A stretch of DNA of 64,000 nucleotides from Lytechinus pictus (taxonomy: Eukaryota): assembly GCF_037042905.1 (NCBI RefSeq), contig NC_087245.1:34598001-34662000 (forward strand), written 5' to 3'. The number at the start of each line of letters is the position of its first letter. Positions within the stretch are counted from its first letter, which is position 1. Shown here one piece after another: positions 14,801 to 29,800 of the stretch. The notes below the pieces were generated by a model that did no database searches, was not told where the DNA came from, and saw nothing but the letters and a program-made list of their open reading frames with translations. A program made the position numbers and the translations under genes.

Positions 14801-17800
14801 CAACTTGTCGGACAAAAATGTTGATGAAACGCTCCCCAGATCTCAATTCTAGTGCCCGGTCTTGTGCTACCCTTGGTATATTAAATAAAATATTGAAATT
14901 GCTTCCTTAAAACTGTGTCAGTATTTGATAGCTGCAAAATTAGCTTGTTTAAAACTGTGTCAGTATTTGATAGCTGCATGTATTGTTCTTTAGCTTTGTA
15001 CATGTAACCAAGTCATGGCAGAACTTGAACACTTGAAATATATGGACATCTACATGTACATGTATGTTCTTTTTCTGGATGGGGTTCACTAACTTTTTAG
15101 CACCACTGTACATGTAGTTAGAGTTTGTTGGATGAATTTAATACCTGTACATGTACATGTAGGTACAGGGTTTTTGTATCTTTCCTGTTGAATGTCCATC
15201 CCAATAGTGACCAAAAATCACTGAAAAGGGCAGAGTTACATTGTAGTTACACAGGAAAACAAAAATGTAGATCCTTCATCATGTAGGCCCTACATGTACA
15301 ATGTACATGTACATGAAGAGACAGTGATTTTCCGTTTAAAAAAATGGTCTTTTCCGTTTCCGAAAATCTGTAATTCCATTTCAACTTGATCTAAAAATTG
15401 AAATTCCGTTTTGTCACTGAAAATGTACACAGCAGAAACCTTAATTCTGTTTTGTAAAGGTGAATTCCGTGAATTTTTACATGAAAAGTATAAGAATCAA
15501 ACAGAATTTCTGTTTTATTTTATACTGGAAAATGGAAAATCACTGTCCCTATACATGCAGCCTGAGTGTAGGCTCTTCTTCATCAGGGAATTCAAAATTG
15601 AATTTCCTACTTTGAATTTAGTACCCTTTCCTCTAGCACTTTCTAATTGATATGTTGAAAGCCAATAATATCATTTTTATAGTTTGTCAGACTCTGGGTT
15701 GTGTAATTACAATCATGAACAACCTTGACCAAGCAGGCCTGCTCTCCATCCAGTCTCCTTAAAACAGATTAATGATGATGGAATGAGATAAGCTTAAACC
15801 AAATAAAGAACAGGATGTACTTGATTAGTGTGCCAAGTTGCAAGACAATTTATTGATTGCTTCACACTAATTCTCATTTGAGTTGTCATCCTCATTTTGT
15901 CACCTTGTACAATACATTAGGGAGTCTTATGACTATAGCCAGGTTTCCAAATGCCTTTATAGATCAATTAGTAATCATATGAATTATGCACACCTACACC
16001 TACGTGTACGTGTAGTACAATGAACAGTTGTAATACAAATGTACGTACATGTAGGAGACCAAAAGTTGGTATCCATATTTTCATCTTGCCAGGGTTTACT
16101 GGTAGGATACATACTGCACAAAAAAAATATATATTTTTGCGGGTGTGTATATTTTCACCTGTGCAGTGATGTGTTCATGCACATTTAGGCCTTCTAAGTT
16201 CTTGTATTTATTCATGATGCAACAGCAAGGCCTCTACGTAAAGACGTCTTCATGGAGAGCCAGCACTATGTAAATGTGGCACTGTCTTTAAGTGGTTGTA
16301 TTGCTCACTGCTTCAAGCGTCTGTACACTCCATTTAAATTAAGGCATGACATTGTGGCTCCGTGATTTTCCCCACCCCTGCCGTTTCCCTGCCCCCCCTC
16401 ATCATCTTGCAATGGTGGGATGTGTTGTCCTTCGGCAGCTGATGAAGAAGCCGCCAACGACAAAGCACTTGAAACAAGAATAGACAGTTCATCTTCCTCA
16501 CTCATTCACATGCCATTGTCGTTAACAGGGTTCACCCCAAGGCCATGGGTAATACAGTCAATGGCTTCAGGTGATACCACTTACCAGTAGCAACTTCTCA
16601 ATTCAGCTGGAGCTCAAAGACTATAAAGAGATGGAAAATTAATAACAATGCAACTAGAGTTCAAATATGAGTGAATTTTCATAAGTTTGTCTATGATTGT
16701 CTGTTTCAAGTCTCATTATGATGATACAGAAAATGAAATGTGTTGGGCACCGTAGGAGATAGGTCCTACATGTGCATTTATGTAGATGAGGGCGATGGAC
16801 AATACTGCCTTCATGACAGCCCAAATTACTCTTAAAAGTTTGCTAGTTGAATGATTTGGGCTTTGGGGCAACTATTTCTTTTAAGAGTCGCCCAAAGATC
16901 TGCTACACATAATATTCAAGATAAAATGGAAAATCACTATTCTACATGTACATGTATGTGCATGTACTGAACAAATACATGTAGCCTCCCAAATTTGGTA
17001 ATTGATGTGAAAATGAAAAAAAATCCCCTTAAAAAAAATCCCCTGGTGTAGGGCCTACACCAGTGCTTCTAATGTAGGCCTACATGTACATGAACATCTT
17101 TTTAATTGAGTGTTCGGAGCCCGATGAATTGCACATATTTGAGTTGACATAATAAATAAGGCCCGTCATGTAAATGTTTTAGCCCAGTATTTGCTTGTAC
17201 GTGTAGCTTCCTATGAGGAGGTTGTTAAAAAGGGCAGATTTCTTTATTGCCTCTTGGACTGCTACAGTACTTGGTCTATAAATGTTTCTGACCAGTTGGC
17301 ACAGTGTTGTGTTCTCGGCAGCGGCGTGGAACCGATGAATCTAAGAAGCTTGATGACCTTTCCAAATGTTACTTCTTCGTCTGAACCAGCCAGAAGCTAG
17401 CTGTGTTTATAGCGATGGGACTCACCATACCATTACCATACGGTCTGCTGGTTGGTAGTGTAATCCAGCTTGAAAGCATGCTGCAATCCCGCAAACCACT
17501 CCCCAAAGCCACCAATAGCTGTTTTCATTAAAGGTGCCCATTATGAAAGCAATGTCAGCTTATAAATTGAATAGCCACAAAACAAAAAAGGAATAAAAAA
17601 GAAAGAAACAACATCAGTTCAACCTGCTCGGATGATAAATTGCATGCAGCCAGGTTGCCTTGAATGGAATGTACCTGAACATCATAGGCCTTATTTTATC
17701 TCGGCTTTGTACATGTAGTGCCTTTTTAATTCTTGTGAGTTGAAAAAATGACAAACTACCCAAAATTTGCTAATGAGTAGTGAAGGAAAATCACATTTTC

Positions 17801-20800
17801 TTGAAACACGTCCACAAGTGTCATGTTAGGAAACTGCAAATTGCTGTATACGTAGATAATTATGCACCTATAATGTTCTGTACCTGGTGCTTTTGAATAA
17901 AGCATATTTCAGAATTTTTTTTAAATACATTTTTGTCTCGCCTGCATAGCAGAGCAAGACTATAGGCGCCGTTTTTCCGACGGTGGCTGCGTTGTCAACA
18001 TTGAAATCTTATTAACCAAGGTTAACTTTTTTGAAATGTCATAATAACATAAAAGTATATGGACCTAGTTCATGAAACTTGGACATAAGGGTAATCAAGT
18101 ATTACTGAACATGCTGCCGGAGTTTCACGTCACACGACCAAGGTCAAAGGTCATTTAGGGTCAATGAACTTTGGCAGTGTTGGGGGCATTTGTTGAATTG
18201 GCATCACAACTCAGAAAGTTTATGGATCCATGCATGTCTGTAGTTCATGAAACATAGACATAAGGGTAATCTTTTTACCTTGAATGACTTGACCACATCA
18301 ATAATCATCAGCTTGAATATGATGACCATGTACATGAAGGACTATAATACATTGTACATGGACCTGACATACATGTAGGACCTACATGTTGCCTATATTT
18401 ATGACCAGTAGTTCTGCGTGTTTGTATTGCCTTTCCAATTTCTTAAATATCTCTTTAAAAGTGATTTCTTTTTATGAGATCCATCCAACATGCCAACTTG
18501 TTTCTCAGATTGATGTGAGGTTGACAGGTTACCTAGCAACCTGGTAATCAATTATTCACCATGGCGACTGCATTCCATTGTGTAGCAGGTCATATAGAGT
18601 TCAGATACTAGTCTAGTCTTCATGGAAGTGGAACTTCCACATGAATATGTACAGGGCATACTAACTCAAGTAGCCTTCATGTACATGAAAATGTACATAT
18701 GTATGTACATGATACTGTGGAAGAGCCGTGGTGTAGTGGTTCTGACTCTCGCCTTGTAAACAGAGGGTCGTGTGTTCGAATCCCTCCACGGTCTCGCGTA
18801 CTTTGGCAAGGCGTTAATCCACACTTTGCCACTCTAGACCCAGGTGCTAAATGGGTACCCGGTAGGATGCGAAAGACATTGTATGTTTGAATTTGCCAGC
18901 GCCATAATGAGGCTGCGATGAATGCAAGGAATGCTCCCCAGGGAGTGGAAATTGTGCACTTTTCGTGCGGGATTGAAATGAATCCAATGGCCGGGGTAAT
19001 AATACGCTGTAACGCGCTTTGAGCCATTCTGGGAAAAGCGCTATATAAAAATTGGCTATTATTACTGCATGTGAACTTTTCAGCTTAATATGTACCTGAG
19101 AGAAGTCTTGAAAAGTGGAACAAGTGGTATGTAAAGTATGGATGCGTACATGTACATGTACTTGTACAGTACATGCGTGAAGTAATAAGTACATTGATAA
19201 ATTTGCATCTCGTGTTGTAGCCGACATTGTAGGCTTCATAATATTTTCAAAAGTCTCAGTTGAATACATTGTATACAGTCTGACTTTCTGCATCGCACCT
19301 TCAGTTCATTTATCCGGACATTTACCAGCAAATTTACGTCTGCATGCATATTAATTCAAAAGAGCCATAAACAACAATTATTTTCTGACTTATTGAACTC
19401 ATTTGAAAAGAAATATAAACCAAGAGTTCTATGAGATAATTAATGTCCTATATTGCATACCCGGTCCTCTCATTTTAGCTGGTAATTTCACATAGGGCGT
19501 ACATGTAGTCCACCTGAAATGTGGATGGGTAACAGTCCGGAGGCATCAGATACTGGGTCGAACCAAGGAGACATATCATCTCCTTGGTCCAAACAAAGCA
19601 CGCAGGAACGTGTCACACCAACGGAATTCAGTATATTGAAACAAAATTTTGGTCTTTCCGTTGATATTAAACAAAAAAGTGAGGCGATTATCATGCTTCT
19701 CAAGAATGGGATACACGTACAAGGAAGTGCAAATATGTGACCTATGTTCTAATTGTAGCTTATTTATTAGCTTCAAAGTCCTAGTCTGTGTTTGCTTAGA
19801 CATCTAGCCTCTTTCATTGGAAGTGATCGAATCAGTTTCCAGGAATATATAGTTGAATAAAAATTCATACACGGTATAATAAGAATGCAAAAAACCAACA
19901 CTCTTTGTTCCAAAGAAAACTCATCATTTCCTGATGGGTGTCTGTCTGGTGTCTGATGATATGCCTCTGCATGTGCACTCAAGTTGAAACCCAAAATGAA
20001 AAGGGTCAACAGAAAGTTTTGAAAGTGCATTCTGGAAATAGTCCACAGGTCCGTTAGTCCGCGGGTCCGATAGTCTGTGGTGTGTGTGAAATTATGATCA
20101 GGATATATGATGGGGTGTCCAAACTTCGCGCACTTTTCAAAAATATTCATCAGGCTTAAATTTTCTCACAAAATATTCATAATTTATACAAAACCAATTC
20201 AAGAAATAGTTACCACATTGACAGCAAGATCGTAAACTATAAAATCATGGACGAAAATGTAAAGTAGGTCAAGGGGATTCGCGGGTATCGCGATCTCAAA
20301 ATCCTATTCCGATTGGCGAATGCGCGCTGTGCTGGAAAACCATTCAGAAAAAGTGTGACCTAACTTCGCGGACCAAAGTTTTTGTGGACATTTAAACAAA
20401 AACTCAAGCTCAAAAAGTGAAATATTTATATCAGATTGATGGCAAAATGCTATAGAATCGGTTAGTACCACATTTAACTTACATTTTTGATGATTTCTGC
20501 TTGCAAAATGGTGATATCGTGATGCTTGTTGAGAATATCAGGTTTTTGTTCAAAACGGGCGCTAACGGTGACAAATTTGCCGATCTTTTGCCAATATTTT
20601 CATGAATACTGAACTCATCCTAAAGAAACTTACACCAAAGGGTAATTTTAGGTCGCTTTTCACGTTGATGATGTCAGATTTTTTTTAGATAATGACCATC
20701 CGCGAAGTATGGACACGCGCGAAGTTTGGACTCACTGCCATACATGTAGTGAGATCAAATGTCATCGAGGGGTCAAAAGGTCAAATGATAGGAGACCATG

Positions 20801-23800
20801 GGGTTCTATAACAACCCAAAGGAAAATCGCCCCCTGACAACTACTTCATCAATGATTTACTTGTACTGTACATATTTTTTTAAACTATAAAGAAAAGGTG
20901 AAGTTGGCAAACAAATTAATTTTTTAAAAGTTTTTCTTAAAATGATTTTTTTGGGTTAGAATTGAAGGAAGTAATATTAGACATTGAACTACATTGAAGT
21001 ATTATAAGCGAAGCTTTTCAGGGGCCTTGGATCAGTTTTGAAAGAGGGGGGTTGAGCCGAATGAAGGGGGGGGGGGGGCTGTCCCTGTAGAAAATCACAA
21101 TTGTCATTGTGATATTTTTGTACACGTTTATTGATGAAGTGGGGACGGGAGAGTCTTGCAGCCCCTGTACATAGTACAATGGATCTACATGTACATGTAC
21201 ATGTATGCCTTGCATGTACATTGAATTCCTGAATCTTACGTTATCACTTTATATGCAACACATATTTCATCAGTGTTTCAATGAATAGGAAGATCAAAAG
21301 CTTCAGACATCGGAAGATTTCAAAATAATGCATTTGCTAGACACAATAGGAGCGCGATGGGTAGCATGCATGCAGTCAGTCATATCATATGATACCCAAT
21401 GTGGTGAAGAATTCTTGATATTGCGGCTTCCTTTCCTGTTATCTTATTACATTGGTGGAGAGGTGATTTCCTCAAAAACCTAGCACGATAGGAAATGACT
21501 TGATCCATGACAGTTCATTCATTGTCTCGTCTTGATACTTTATTTTGAAACCTGCATTGAATTTTAAGATGGTGATTAACCACGCGTAGGCGTACATATA
21601 TGCATGGACATTGATGGCTATTTTAATAGGCCTATATCAAAAGTTTGATCAAGATTTTAAGTATACTGTACAAGTATGTAAGGGCCTACATGTATCTTCT
21701 CCAAGTCCATTGTACTATAAAAAAAAGGTGTAAGCTTTAGTCCTTTACCAGTACACACATGGCCATGTACCTCTACCAGCGTTGAAATTAATGCCAGATG
21801 CGGTTACAATTTCAAAAATTAGTATGTACAGAATCTAATAATTGACCACCTTAGCGTCTGTACATGTATGTGTCATAGGAATCGAGAAAAAATTATGCAG
21901 GCCCTAATTCAGGGCTCGACATTAGCAGTGGCCTGGTGGCCCGGGGCAACCAAAAATGAGAGTAGGGCCACCAGAATTCTACAAAAGCCCACACTTGGTT
22001 GTCCAGTTAAGCTCACCAAAGTTTTGATAAATTGTAATGTTTTCTATTGTTTTAGGGACACCAAATTTGCCCTGCAGGCCACCAGGAATGTGAAATTGAT
22101 AATTTTGGTTGACCTTTCGAGACACCAAGAAAAAAAGTTAGTGTGGAGCCTTGCCTAATTGCTGAGAAATTAGCAAAATAAGCACAATATTCCAGCAAAC
22201 TGTCGGGTCTTTTTTTTCAAGCAATAAATAATACACTGCTCCATGTGTGTGGTAGCGATCTTCAGTGTGTATTTCAGCCTAGATTTCATGATGTCACAAA
22301 GTTCAGTCCCATATCTACATGTACATGTAGATGTAGGATGATAAAGCGACAATTAACCTTGATTTTACAGACTTTTTCATAGCATTTACAGCTACTACTT
22401 TCATTTATCTTTAAGTTTGTATTTTAAAAACCCTATTTTACAAACAGCTACAGTTGTATTTTGCCAGGTTAAAAAATGTTTTTCTTATACACAATACACA
22501 TCGAAACAGTCAGTATGCCATTTGCAAACAAATTACCGTCCTGTAATTGCCACATTCCTTGCTATGGTAGCACAATGTAATATTTATAACTGTCTCGGAT
22601 TTCAACTCTGGTGACCTTTCATTTCATATCAACTTATTGAGGCATAAAATCTTCTTCAGTCATAAATCTGTTGATGGATTATTTCTCCTGTTCAATCCTA
22701 AATGCTTGCACCGAAGATTCCCCCCTTACACCCAACGCTGCAGACACAATATTTATATCTGTATATTTTGATTGGAATTTAATTTTCATTGCGAAATGCT
22801 CCCATGGCGCCTGCTATGTCATTTACGAAATCAATCCCGGACACAAATTAGATTTCCATACAGCTCTGCAGAATCCTTGGTATTCTGACGTAAAATAATT
22901 TTCATTGCATCAAATGTTAAAGGGAATGTTCTACCTGCTTGCACTTGCAGTGTAAGATTGAGTGTTATTTGGTTCTGTCATTGCCTTGCGTTGCATTTTG
23001 ACACACTGCAAGAACAGAGGTTAAAAGTACATGTACATGTACATCAGTAGGCTTTGTTAGTGGACTGCACCAAGCATTTACACCAGTGTTACATGTAAAT
23101 GCATCAGCGTAGGCAAACATGATGAGAGCGACAGGCAATTTTGCCCTCATGACAGTCCAAATCGTCCCTAAACTTCCCCCAAAATGCATGCTTCGGGGCA
23201 ACCATTCTTTCTAGAGTCACCCCAAGATCTCTCACAAACCATATTCAAGATTATTTAGAAAATCAATATTCTAACTATGACAGAATAATGATATTGCTTT
23301 TACTGCATAATTGCTTGTTACCCTTACAAAGTACTTAGCCCTTAAATTGAAAGAAATAGCCCCCAAAATTTATCTATTTGCCCCATGTGGAAAAAACAAG
23401 CCCCTAAAAAGAATTTCCTACCCTGAAATTCAGGTGTTATTATAACACATTCAGTTGCTATCAACACTGTAATGTTAGATGACATGGTGTATCATCAACA
23501 CCTTTTAATGAACTCCCCTCACAACACTGACCGATGTTATTTTTAATAATCAACATTACAGGCGCTCATACAATTTAAGCTGGATGAAAGTAGAAAATTC
23601 TGGTGTACATGTATTTCTTGATTTGCTTTCAAGAAACCTTTCTCCCAAGGAGTGTAAAAATATTACATGTATGTACATGTAGGTATGTATCATACATTCA
23701 GAGATATTGATGGAAGCTTTGAAAACAAGAAGTGATTCCTGTATGAGGTTTTGAACTTTGAAGGTACTTTGTTCCAACCAAAGACTTGAGCACCCTCAGT

Positions 23801-26800
23801 GAAACTATATGAATAAATATTTGAGATATATTTTGCTGGAATTGACACTAGTTCTGAAACTACTTTTGTGTGATGACAATAATAAGAATGTCCGCTATCT
23901 TTTCCACATCACTCTAAGAAAAGAAATCCATGTACAGTATTATCTACATGTAGATTGAAATAAATGTCTGTCAATGTCGGATTTTCACTTCGCAAAAAAA
24001 TAATTAAAAAATTTATCATTTCGAATGATTGAAAATAGATGATTTTTATGTAAAGTGCAATGTTCTTTTGTAAATGTGCATGTTCAGATAAAATATGTGT
24101 TTTTTAATATTGTAATTTATCACATACCAATTTTCTGTAAACTACAATGGTATGGCATTGCCTGGAATGTTCATGTTCACGTTCGAGTTCACAAATTCTT
24201 AATGTATTTGGGTCATGATGTGAACTTTAGACATCAAACTTTTTCTTTTCATGTATTGTGCATGAACTTTTGAGGCTCTAAACGGATCCCATAGAGAGTA
24301 TTTAACTCCTGTCTATAAAGCATTCGTACAGGTTCAGTACATTTGAATTATATTTTAGTGTCATCAGACATTCCAATCTTTGAAAGGTGTATCTAGCTAT
24401 GTTGATTTTTTTTCATTGATTCTTTGTGATGTTTAAAATTTCAATTTGAGGATGTTTATTGCTCTCTCTTATAAAAGGCAATTTTGAGTGTTTTTCTGAT
24501 AAATTTAGTAATTGCTTTTCAGAAGGCTTCAAAAAATCCTTTATTTTCAGCCCATCCCATGCTTTAGAAATGGTTTCATAACCATAATGAAAAATGGGCA
24601 ATTATTTCTATTTTGGGAGGGATTTTTATGAATCAAACTTTTTTATTTTTGCTGCTTTTCTAAAAAACTTTTAGGGCTTACACCCCTTAAAGGGACGGTC
24701 CGGGCTTAAAATGTTTTTATTTAAATAAATAGAATAAAATTCACAGAGCAAAATGCTGGAAATTTCATCAAAATCGGATAACAAACTTATTGAATTTGAA
24801 AGTTTATCAATATTTTGTGAAAACAGTTATAAGCACATTGTTATGAATATTCATTAGGTGGGGTGATGATGTCATATCCCCACTTTCCTTTTTTTTAATG
24901 TTATTACTTAAAATCATAATTGTTTCATTTTTTCATACATGTGTAAATGATGTGTCTCCATTATGACGAAATATGTTGCGGCAATAAATAACTAATGCAC
25001 TTAATCAGTTGTCAATCCAATTGTTTTAGTTCTTGATAGAAAAAGGTTGAATAATCCTAATTTCATATTATAAAATACAAAAGAACAAGTGGGTATATGA
25101 CATCATCAGCCCACCTAATGAATGTTCATGAAGACATGCCTAGAACTGTTTCACTGGAATAATGCAAATCTCTAAAATTCAATAGAACTTTGTTTATCCG
25201 ATTTTGATCAAATTTTCAGCATTTTGCTCTGTTTATTTTTTTTTCTATTTATTGAGATATAAATATCTCAAGCCTGGACCATCCCTATAACATGTAGCAT
25301 GTGCATGTCAAATTTTGATACCTCAGTTACATTTGCTCAATGGTGGCCATTTGGCGAGTCAAAAACAGCCGTTATAACATTCTTTGTACCAGCTTCATAT
25401 AGGTGGTTTGAATAAAAATGAATAAAATGACTGTTTTCGACTCGCCGTAGAGCAAATGTGACTGAGGTACGTACATGTATAACCATGGACCTATAATAGG
25501 TCCATGGTACAACTAGCAAGAACCACCTTGTGGGTGCATCTTTCCTGGATACCAAGAAGCTCCTTGGCCAGATATTGGAGCGGTGTACATATTTTGTGTG
25601 GATTGAAAGCTTGAGAGAGAGGATTCCGATGATTTGGGAGATTTGAACTTTAACTCATCAGAGCCATTCAAGTTCATACATGTAGATCTGTCAACCAATT
25701 TGAGTTGAACTCTAAACAATTACTGTCTCTGGAATAGTACTGAGCGAGTTCATTAGTAGTAAATATGTCGGCGGTTCACTTAGGGGAAACAGGTGGATGA
25801 CTGTCTGTAGGTCCACATGGGAATGGAGTTTGTTCATAGTAGAAGGTCCATGACCAGAGCAAGTAAAACGTGGTCACTCAGCAAGTTATGAAAATCAGAC
25901 ATTTTCATTTTCGTCTTTATTCCCCCCCCCCCACTAATCATACAAAGCTACAAATTCATGTAAGAAGTACAGAATTAGACATATCGTCGTCGTTCATCCG
26001 AACCATCGTATCAGTCAATTTTGGTCCAAAAATCGATATTGAGATTGGCTGCAATTTATTTTAGTTTCTGAGATATGAGGGGATTTTCAAGGCGATGCCA
26101 TACAAATTTTTAATAAAATGCGCAAATCCCATAGGATTTGATTATGGAGGTTTACATTGTGTTTGTAATTAAAGCAGTCTATTCATATATGATGAGTTAT
26201 AAAGTCAATAACCATCTTTGGGGCTTAAATAACTGAATTTTTAAGGCCAGCTGTACATGTACATGTAAGCCTACATGTAATTGGTAGCTAATACCCCTTT
26301 CATAAACCCAATAAAACATATCCTCCAATTAGCCGCCTAAGAGTAATGCGGATAATTCAATAAAAATTGCGTTCACAAACTCCATAAATTATTTTTACGA
26401 GCGCCCGTCCTGAAAAAGGCGGATAATCGTCATGACAACTGGACACGCCCCCTCCAATGCGGTTGTGTTGGAAAAGGGTGACCTTGTGACCGCACCATGG
26501 CAATTATCCGCATTATTTGGAAATACGTTCATAAACTCAAAATCTTGTCCCAATGTCGCTATTATGCGGATAATAGCAGCATCAGAATAATGCGGATAAC
26601 TCTTGTCCTCCTCTGATTTTACGACCAAATTATGCTGCTATTAGCCGCATAATTGTGTTTTATTGGGTTTATGAAAGGGGTATAAAATCAACTAGGCTCT
26701 CTAAATATATTTTGTATTTTTTTGTTCAAGAATCAGGCCTCATCTGCTCTGCCTTGCTGAGTGGCGTAGGGCCTCTACCCACCTTTTATACAATGGTGTT

Positions 26801-29800
26801 CAAAAGCAAACCCACAATGAAGGACTGATGCCAAAATACTTTCTTGGCAAGACTGGAACAGCACACTTCTCCGTTAGCATTTATTTGGGCCAACTCATTC
26901 GATTTCTTGTCAGCAAATGAAACAAGCCCTTGTCAAATCCATAATCTAAACAATTTGTTTCACAAAGAAAGTGAAGTTGGACGAGATGGAAATGGGAAAG
27001 TGCCTGGCAGGAAAGAAGTTGCAAGGAGCTCAGAAAAAAGTTTTTATTTAACTTGCACAAAAAAAATCACACTAGAAACTTGATTGCATGCAAATTTCTA
27101 TATTTTTGAGCACCTGTCATAAAATACACTATCTGGGGCAGGCTTTCAAAACTTTAATCTTTCATAAAGGCATTCCCACTTTTTGGTCCTTATAGAAAAC
27201 AGTCCCCTCTGGCTCGCATTGTTGTCGGCTTTTCAACTCGGGAGACCCTTCGACCCTCTTTTTTTTCTTAACGCCATATTCTAGAACCCTGGCTCTACGG
27301 TGTAGGAGAATCCTCAGGCATAAGGAATAAATCTTCCCTCTCTAAAAAGTTATCAAAACAAAACTCTGTCATAACTGACATTTCCTTATAGAAGGGTACT
27401 CGTGAGTAATTCCTTCGCTCTCCAAACACCATGGACTGTAGATGTTTAATGACTGTCGCCTATAAGTAGTTTAACTGAAATGATTTAGAAAGTATAAAAG
27501 ACGCATACGTGTATACGATTTTGCAAAATTATGCATGGGATTTTCAACATTTCATGTAGGTTACATTGTACATGTAGGCCTTCATACAACTTTTATTTGG
27601 GTAACTAAATTTTTTGGTCAATATTGCCATGATTGTTGTATCTTTTTTCCATACAATGTCTAAAGTACTTTAGACATTTGAAATAATTTATATTCCCTAT
27701 TAATTATAAAGTTTGTATTAAGTTCAGGTCTTGAGGGTGTTTTTTTAAATACTTTTCATTTAAACTTTTTTTTACTGCTCTCAACTTGGTGTGAAAATGT
27801 TTAACATTTCCATGAACTACAGTATAGAAACATACAAGTAGAAGCATTTAAAAGCCACCTTATTCTGAAATTACTTTTGAAATTTACCAAATAAATCAAA
27901 ACAACCACTCCAAGAACCAACAACTAAATTTTGTCATCATTAAAAATTATTGTACCTCCCCCATTTATGTCATATTCAGATTTCAGATTTTTGTTTTTTA
28001 ATTAAAAAATAACAATTTTCAGGTACATGTATGATACAAAAAATTCGTCCAATTCACTATGATTTTTGTGTGTGTGTGGATATACCTACTTGTACATGTA
28101 GAATTATGTACACTGTAAAAGCACTGCGTAAAATTTTAAGCAGCCCATCACTCTACCAACTACTGGTTTTTTTAAGCCCATCCTAACAACTACTGTTTAA
28201 ACTTTTCAAACAAGTTGTTTCATGTGTACACAATTACAAATTAAAAAAAAAAATTGTTGTGCAATTATTTTTTTTTTACTGTGTATAGGTGTTTTACACG
28301 TACATGTACATGTACCTTATTATTACACCTTTGCATACTAACATGTAAATTGGAAACAAGACTTATCAAACAAGTTGCACACTTTGTCTTTGTTGTGTCA
28401 TTGTTGAGTATGTTTTAAAAGCTTTGTCAACACCCATATATAGGTACACGTGTAGTCTTATTTAAAAAACTCCTTGTTTCTACCAATCAATGCGTATAAA
28501 GTGCAAAAACAAAACCTAGAACAATAAATATTTGAAATGAGCCAAAAGCCTGGTAAAAAATAGACACTATGACCTCTCTTTCGCTCATAATTTGCAAACC
28601 TATTATTGTTTTATTATTGGTTTTGTTTCAGTTTTTCATCCAAATTTTCATTGGAAATGTGTTGTAGAGTTAAAATAGGTATTGGCTCAGTAGCAGTTTG
28701 TGTCAACAAAGCAGTGCTATTGTTTGTGGTACAGAGGTGTGATAACATGATGACCCTTCTCTATCATGTATCTTGTCAATGAGGAAATCACATAGTCTAT
28801 AGTTGGTTTCAGACCGCCTTGAAGTTCTTCAGTTCCAGGTATTTTCTGGTCATGAAATTTACCCCGATCAGAAAATACCAGGTAATATTGGCAATGTGAA
28901 AGCAAATTACGCGTAATCTCCCCGAAAGAAAATACCCGCTAAATAGTTGGTACTTGGCGAAATACGAGAACTTTCGCGGGGATTTTTCCAAGGTCGCAGG
29001 TATTTTGGTAATGTGAGAGCAATTTACGGGAACTTATAGCCCAGCGTGTAGTTGGGCGCGGGCGCCTTGTGTGGCTGCTGAGCTAGTGACTTTGAATCTC
29101 GCGCCTTGCTTGCTTATCAGACCATACTGCGCATGCTCGTAACTTCAGGAACTTATCCCGAAGGTTATGTTTCTGGGCGGTGTGAATGCAGGAATAATTA
29201 ATGGGTATTTTTTAGCCTAAAAAATTCTTGTAATTTAACAGGGATTCTTATGATCGAGGCGGTTTGAAACCACCTATTAACTCTATATGTATGTGCAGTG
29301 CTGTGTTTCGTAAACATTGCAGATAAGTATTCAGGTGCCGTTTGTTTGTATCATCATATTCAAGGTTTTGTCAATGTTGTCCTTTATTCAGAATTCAACC
29401 GCACTGTGTTTTATGTTGTGGGGTATTACAAGAGGGTGCATTTATACGGTGACACGACATTTGCTCCTGCGACATTTGCTCCGGTCTTAATATCTCAGAG
29501 GGCATAGGGTTAGATTTAGGATTGTCAAAGAGTTTTTGGTTCAGAATGATGTAAAGATAAGGATTATAAATGTAGTTCTGGAGGTTAGGTTTTATGTTTT
29601 GCTTAACATGCAGATTTTCCATCGGAGCAATTGTCGCCGGAGCAAATGTCATGGAACCCATTTATACATGGAGATATCTACATGTACATCTGGCGCATAA
29701 AAACATTCATGTCTTAAAGCAATATTATGTTGCATATTATAATATTCATTGTTATCATTATTTATAGGCCTGAGTCATTACAAATGAAAAATAATGTTTA

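Noticed and set aside
14907..14978. 30-bp direct repeat (also a 16-bp one near 30878-30910)
   Set aside because: Ordinary local duplication with no further structure.
18719..18792. Possible tRNA gene (also 42075-42148)
   Set aside because: A/B boxes continue directly into a SINE body and tail; no proper acceptor stem or terminator.
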